Source: Candidatus Latescibacterota bacterium (lineage in GTDB: Bacteria > Latescibacterota > UBA2968 > GCA-2709665). Taken from it: a DNA stretch of 64,000 nt. Below the pieces are notes generated by a model that worked only from the letters and a program-made list of their open reading frames with translations, did not search any database and was not told the DNA's origin. Shown here in pieces: positions 60,475-64,000 of this stretch. Each line of letters begins with the position of its first letter. Position 1 is the stretch's first letter. The stretch is from contig CAXXXF010000014.1 of the NCBI GenBank assembly GCA_963667175.2, positions 64,001 through 128,000 of the forward strand. Direction: 5' to 3'. A program made the position numbers and the translations under genes.

Positions 60475-60624
60475 CCCGGGAGCGAGGGCACCTGCCTGCG
60501 CCTGCCTGTCCCGTTGGAGCGGCAGACAGGCCGAGACCTGCTCGGCAGGCAGGTCCTGCCCTCGCAGCACGGCCGTGGTAGTTGTAGGGGCGACTCTCAG
60601 AGTCGCCCACATATTGGTGCGGAT
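60475..60624. repeat. 150-bp composite direct repeat, copy 1
   Basis: Ungapped match to 63763-63912 (about 82% by manual count); nested palindrome plus GTAG REP at 60584-60608. Confidence 0.9.
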
Positions 60625-60654
60625 ATCGCCAATTGACGTCGCAATACCGTCGCG

Positions 60655-61764
60655 CTAATCGGTTTTGGCAGGATGCTGAGCGCTGTCTGTTTTGAGTTTG
60701 TCTACGAAGCATCGGACGAACGCAGCGACTTCAGATAATTCCTCAGTGTAGCAAAAGCGTTCTTTTAGAGGGACCTTATATCCGTCCTCAAAATCGATCC
60801 CAAGCTCTTGTAGCAGCGTCTTTAATTTCTCCAGCTTGGAGTTATCGGGGGGCTCGGGTTCGATTCTTAGAAATACCTCAAAACGCCAACCTTTTGGGTC
60901 AATTGCGGTGTTGAACCCGATGATTTCGGAAAACGAAGAGTGCTTGAGATTATAGCAGAGAACATCATAGAGCTTGTGCGGCTCTCTCCACTTGAGCTGG
61001 CTTTCACAAATCTTGCCGACAGACTCTTCCAACTCCTTCTCGAGATCCAAAACTCTCCTGCGGAGTTCGTTCTTGAACTTATCAATTCTCTTGAAGAAAT
61101 CCGTGGCCTTTGTGAGATTGTCATCATTTTCCAGGAAACGGGCTAATTCTTCGTTCATTATCCTGCCCTCCCGCAGACCGTCAACTGTATTCAGGAAATC
61201 AAGCATGAACGTGAGATAACGGGTATTCGCTCTTGAGACTTTGTACCCGAGCTGCGATCTGACTTCGTTGAACAACTGCTCGTACGTGATATTCTTGAAC
61301 GGTTCGACGTCGCCGCCTGGTTTGAGGCTCAGAATAAACAGGTGTTTCTTGAGATGCACGTAATGCGTTTCTACGTGCTTTATATAGTCTTCAAATGGGT
61401 TGCTGATTTCGTGAAAAATCTTGTTCTCGATCACGATGGCATGGCTTTCAGACTGAATCAAGAGGTCGATCCGACTCCCCTTCCGGGTGGTTTCTTCGCG
61501 GCGGATCTGTATATCGCCACCGATCTCCCTTCCCTGTTCTCCGATGCAGCCAGCCCGCACAAGAGCATCCAGAAACAGCGTTCCGAGTCCATGCGGGTTG
61601 CCGGGATCAAGGAAGAAGGCGAGAATGTTGCTGCACACATTCTCGTAGTGAGGATAGCCTGAAATTTCCATCAACGTCGGCGGGCGCTCGGGACGCGGCG
61701 GAACCTGTTTGCTAAATTCGTCCAGGAGAGTCTGGGCAGCATCCACGTCCCATCCATCGTTCAT
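60655..61764 (-). CDS. PD-(D/E)XK nuclease-family protein
   Basis: HYENVCSNILAFFLDP..HGLG, RIDLLI, IVIENKI. Confidence 0.88.
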   Translation of the reverse strand: MNDGWDVDAAQTLLDEFSKQVPPRPERPPTLMEISGYPHYENVCSNILAFFLDPGNPHGLGTLFLDALVRAGCIGEQGREIGGDIQIRREETTRKGSRIDLLIQSESHAIVIENKIFHEISNPFEDYIKHVETHYVHLKKHLFILSLKPGGDVEPFKNITYEQLFNEVRSQLGYKVSRANTRYLTFMLDFLNTVDGLREGRIMNEELARFLENDDNLTKATDFFKRIDKFKNELRRRVLDLEKELEESVGKICESQLKWREPHKLYDVLCYNLKHSSFSEIIGFNTAIDPKGWRFEVFLRIEPEPPDNSKLEKLKTLLQELGIDFEDGYKVPLKERFCYTEELSEVAAFVRCFVDKLKTDSAQHPAKTD

Positions 61765-61824
61765 TGAGGATTCTCCTCGCCGCCTATTTTACGACATCAA
61801 ACTCGCCGGTGAAGCTGTCTCACT

Positions 61825-62331
61825 CTATATTAGCACGTAGGGAGAATTCGCCAAGACAAACCGAGCTTTTTCACGGCGTAACATTTCAAACGGCGTCAGA
61901 CACTTGATACCGAGACCTATACAGACGCTGGGGATCTTTATCCTGTTCATAGATGGTGACGGGATCTCGTGTGTAACAACGTCATAACCACCTGCAAGCG
62001 CGTGGGCGATCAGGTAACAGTCAGCCACTTGCAGAAAAGTGTCGATGGCTGCAGCCTGGTAACCGTGGCCTCTTATCCAATCACCGACTGTTCCAAGCGC
62101 TACAAGCACCTCCATGGTCGGTTTAAGAAAAAAGGCATCGCCACGACAGTCTGCCCAAATCGCAAGGTCGTCTTCGCCGGCTGCGACTTCGTCGGCGACT
62201 TTTTCAATGCTGAAAACGATTCCCCGTTCGTTCGCCGTGACCAGCCAATTCCAGAACCCAGGACATATTTCGAAGCCGTAATGCAAGTTCTTGGCACGGA
62301 TAAAAGCGTCTGCATCAAGCAAATATGCCAT
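61825..62331 (-). CDS. DUF4411-family PIN-like protein
   Basis: YLLDADAFI, CPGFW, ADCYLIAHA, VVTHE, IKIP. Confidence 0.9.
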   Translation of the reverse strand: MAYLLDADAFIRAKNLHYGFEICPGFWNWLVTANERGIVFSIEKVADEVAAGEDDLAIWADCRGDAFFLKPTMEVLVALGTVGDWIRGHGYQAAAIDTFLQVADCYLIAHALAGGYDVVTHEIPSPSMNRIKIPSVCIGLGIKCLTPFEMLRREKARFVLANSPYVLI

Positions 62332-63495
62332 CTACGATCCCACTTTCAGACTCGTGGCAAATGCCCGTAACGTCGATACCTTCTTGATTCCGAGAAGACG
62401 GAAGGACTCGGAAAACGAAGTCCTCCCACCCAGTGTGCTGGTCACAATGGCGCCGCCAAACCGCCCACCCACACGCGCCTTGAGCGTGGGATGGAAGCTA
62501 CCACCGCTCGTCTTTTCAATGTTCCCTATTCGATCCAGTTCTCGGCCGTAGGCGGACCCAAGCGCATCACGGTCGAGCACGCCGCCATCGTGGAGCCGAC
62601 GCAGTACGACCAAGGTGCTGACTTTGAATTGGCGAGCAAGGCGGTTCAGCTGGATTGGAAGTTCCTCCCTCTTACGGTAACTCTCAAGTAAGGACCTGAG
62701 TGGTACGAGAAGCTCGGCGGCGACACGGTTGCACCAACCCTCTATTTCGTGGGCAGGCACGGAAACCACGTCAGCATCGGAAAGCGCAGATTCGCCAAGC
62801 CAGATGTGCCCGAGTTCATGTGCCAGCGTAAACATCTGTGCCGCTTTGGTGTCGGCGCCGTTAATAAAGACAAGCGGTGCAAGATCGTCGCTCAGGGCGA
62901 AGCCCCGAAACTCTTCGGGGTCCAGCCTGCGGCGGGTGTTGTTGCCAACGATCCCGCTTGTCATCACCAATACGCCCAGTGCATCGGCCTGCTGAATAAA
63001 GCGTCTTAGCGCCTCGGTCCAGGTACGTAGATCGTTCCTCTCCTCGACGTCGAAACCCAGTTCGGCTCTAATCTCTTCCGCAGTGGTCTCAACGTCGCTG
63101 CCAGTTGTAGTGGAACCCACGAACGCCAGCGGATCTTCTCCCTCAATGCGTGCATAGTCACGGTACCAATCCTGGCGCCGTAAGCAGAGATAAACAGTTT
63201 CCAAAAGTTCGACGCTGGGCCGTCCGACGAACTCATTGCCTATCGTTCGCATGTCAGGTATAGGGACCGGTTCATCAAGTGGCGCAGAGAGAAAGAACGA
63301 ACCGATCGGCGCATAGGTGACCCGGGCAAGCTTCTCCAGTTGCTTGAGCGTCGGCTGTTTCTCACCGCTTTCCCACTCAGGATACCTGGGAAATCGCTTA
63401 ACGAGAGCGTCGACGTGAATGCCCGCCCGCTCGCGCGCCCAGCGAAACATCTCCGGTTTGACATCAACGCGCAGTGTCATTGGCGACTCCTCCAT
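62332..63495 (-). CDS. XRE-HTH plus ImmA/IrrE metallopeptidase
   Basis: WESGEKQPTLKQL HTH; FTLAHELGH; E.WCNRVAAELL. Confidence 0.93.
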   Translation of the reverse strand: MEESPMTLRVDVKPEMFRWARERAGIHVDALVKRFPRYPEWESGEKQPTLKQLEKLARVTYAPIGSFFLSAPLDEPVPIPDMRTIGNEFVGRPSVELLETVYLCLRRQDWYRDYARIEGEDPLAFVGSTTTGSDVETTAEEIRAELGFDVEERNDLRTWTEALRRFIQQADALGVLVMTSGIVGNNTRRRLDPEEFRGFALSDDLAPLVFINGADTKAAQMFTLAHELGHIWLGESALSDADVVSVPAHEIEGWCNRVAAELLVPLRSLLESYRKREELPIQLNRLARQFKVSTLVVLRRLHDGGVLDRDALGSAYGRELDRIGNIEKTSGGSFHPTLKARVGGRFGGAIVTSTLGGRTSFSESFRLLGIKKVSTLRAFATSLKVGS

Positions 63496-63762
63496 GTCCG
63501 AAAATGGCGTAGCGCTGCATCAAACCGCGCTTGATTTTCCCAATCTTCGTGAAAAGTCTCGAAGATGTGGATGAACTGCGACTCGCTTACGCCATATAGT
63601 TGCGCGATTACGGAATCTAAATTGCAAATCATAGCTTATTGTTTTTTATTTGTTTAGGCCCAGTATTTTTCTCGCTAAGGGAAAAGGGAGAAAAAAAGCC
63701 GCCGCTCGGCGCCGACAGGCCGTGCCGTTTACCGCTGCAAACTGAAACCTGCAGTTGCGACA

Positions 63763-63912
63763 CCCGGAAGCGAGAACACCTGCCTGCGCCTACCTGTCCC
63801 GTTGGAACGGCAGACAGGCCCAGTTCTGCTCAGAAGGCAGGTTTTGACCTCGATGCGCCGATGTTGGATTTGTAGGGGCAACTTTCAAAGTTGCCCGCAT
63901 ATTGGTGCGGAT
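63763..63912. repeat. 150-bp composite direct repeat, copy 2
   Basis: See 60475-60624; GTAG REP at 63872-63896. Confidence 0.9.
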
Positions 63913-64000
63913 GAATTTGCGTCGCGCGGCGCTGACAACCGGTACCGCTTTAACGAATGCGGAATTTATGCAAAGTCGCCAGTTGATGCAAGCGGAGACC

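Noticed and set aside
1-64000. CRISPR array
   Set aside because: No regularly spaced repeat-spacer series and no cas genes; the repeats present are dispersed palindromes

Overview
GC-rich bacterial window; the taxon cannot be fixed from sequence alone. It starts with housekeeping genes (pyrF, RNase P RNA, RNase HI, C4 zinc-ribbon protein, tRNA-Val, tRNA-Glu). From about 3.4 to 22 kb is a patchwork of accessory genes (ABC exporters, ECF sigma factor, VanX-type dipeptidase, toxin-antitoxin loci). A core-like block follows (GT2-radical SAM-GT2, DmpA, Na+/solute symporter, larB, dusB, aldolase), then an alpha-2-macroglobulin/pbpC pair flanked by a duplicated aldolase 3' end. From about 44 to 58 kb is an IS-scarred, defence-island-like region. 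The best candidate for a new system is a WYL-domain regulator followed by a WYL-type palindromic operator/promoter (ATACGAC-N7-GTCGCAT) upstream of a 926-aa ATPase with three intact AAA modules. Downstream on the same strand lie an HTH-like gene, a GIY-YIG nuclease, an IS-split MSRTYRR protein and a divergent UDG-like glycosylase. Other notable items: nested palindromic repeats, two of which bracket an ImmA/IrrE-DUF4411-PD-(D/E)XK cassette; a MITE sharing ends with a resident IS; two decayed toxin genes; and an unannotated 42-aa gene with its own promoter, SD and terminator. No CRISPR array or rRNA was seen. Family assignments come from motif recognition, and alignments and counts were done by hand.
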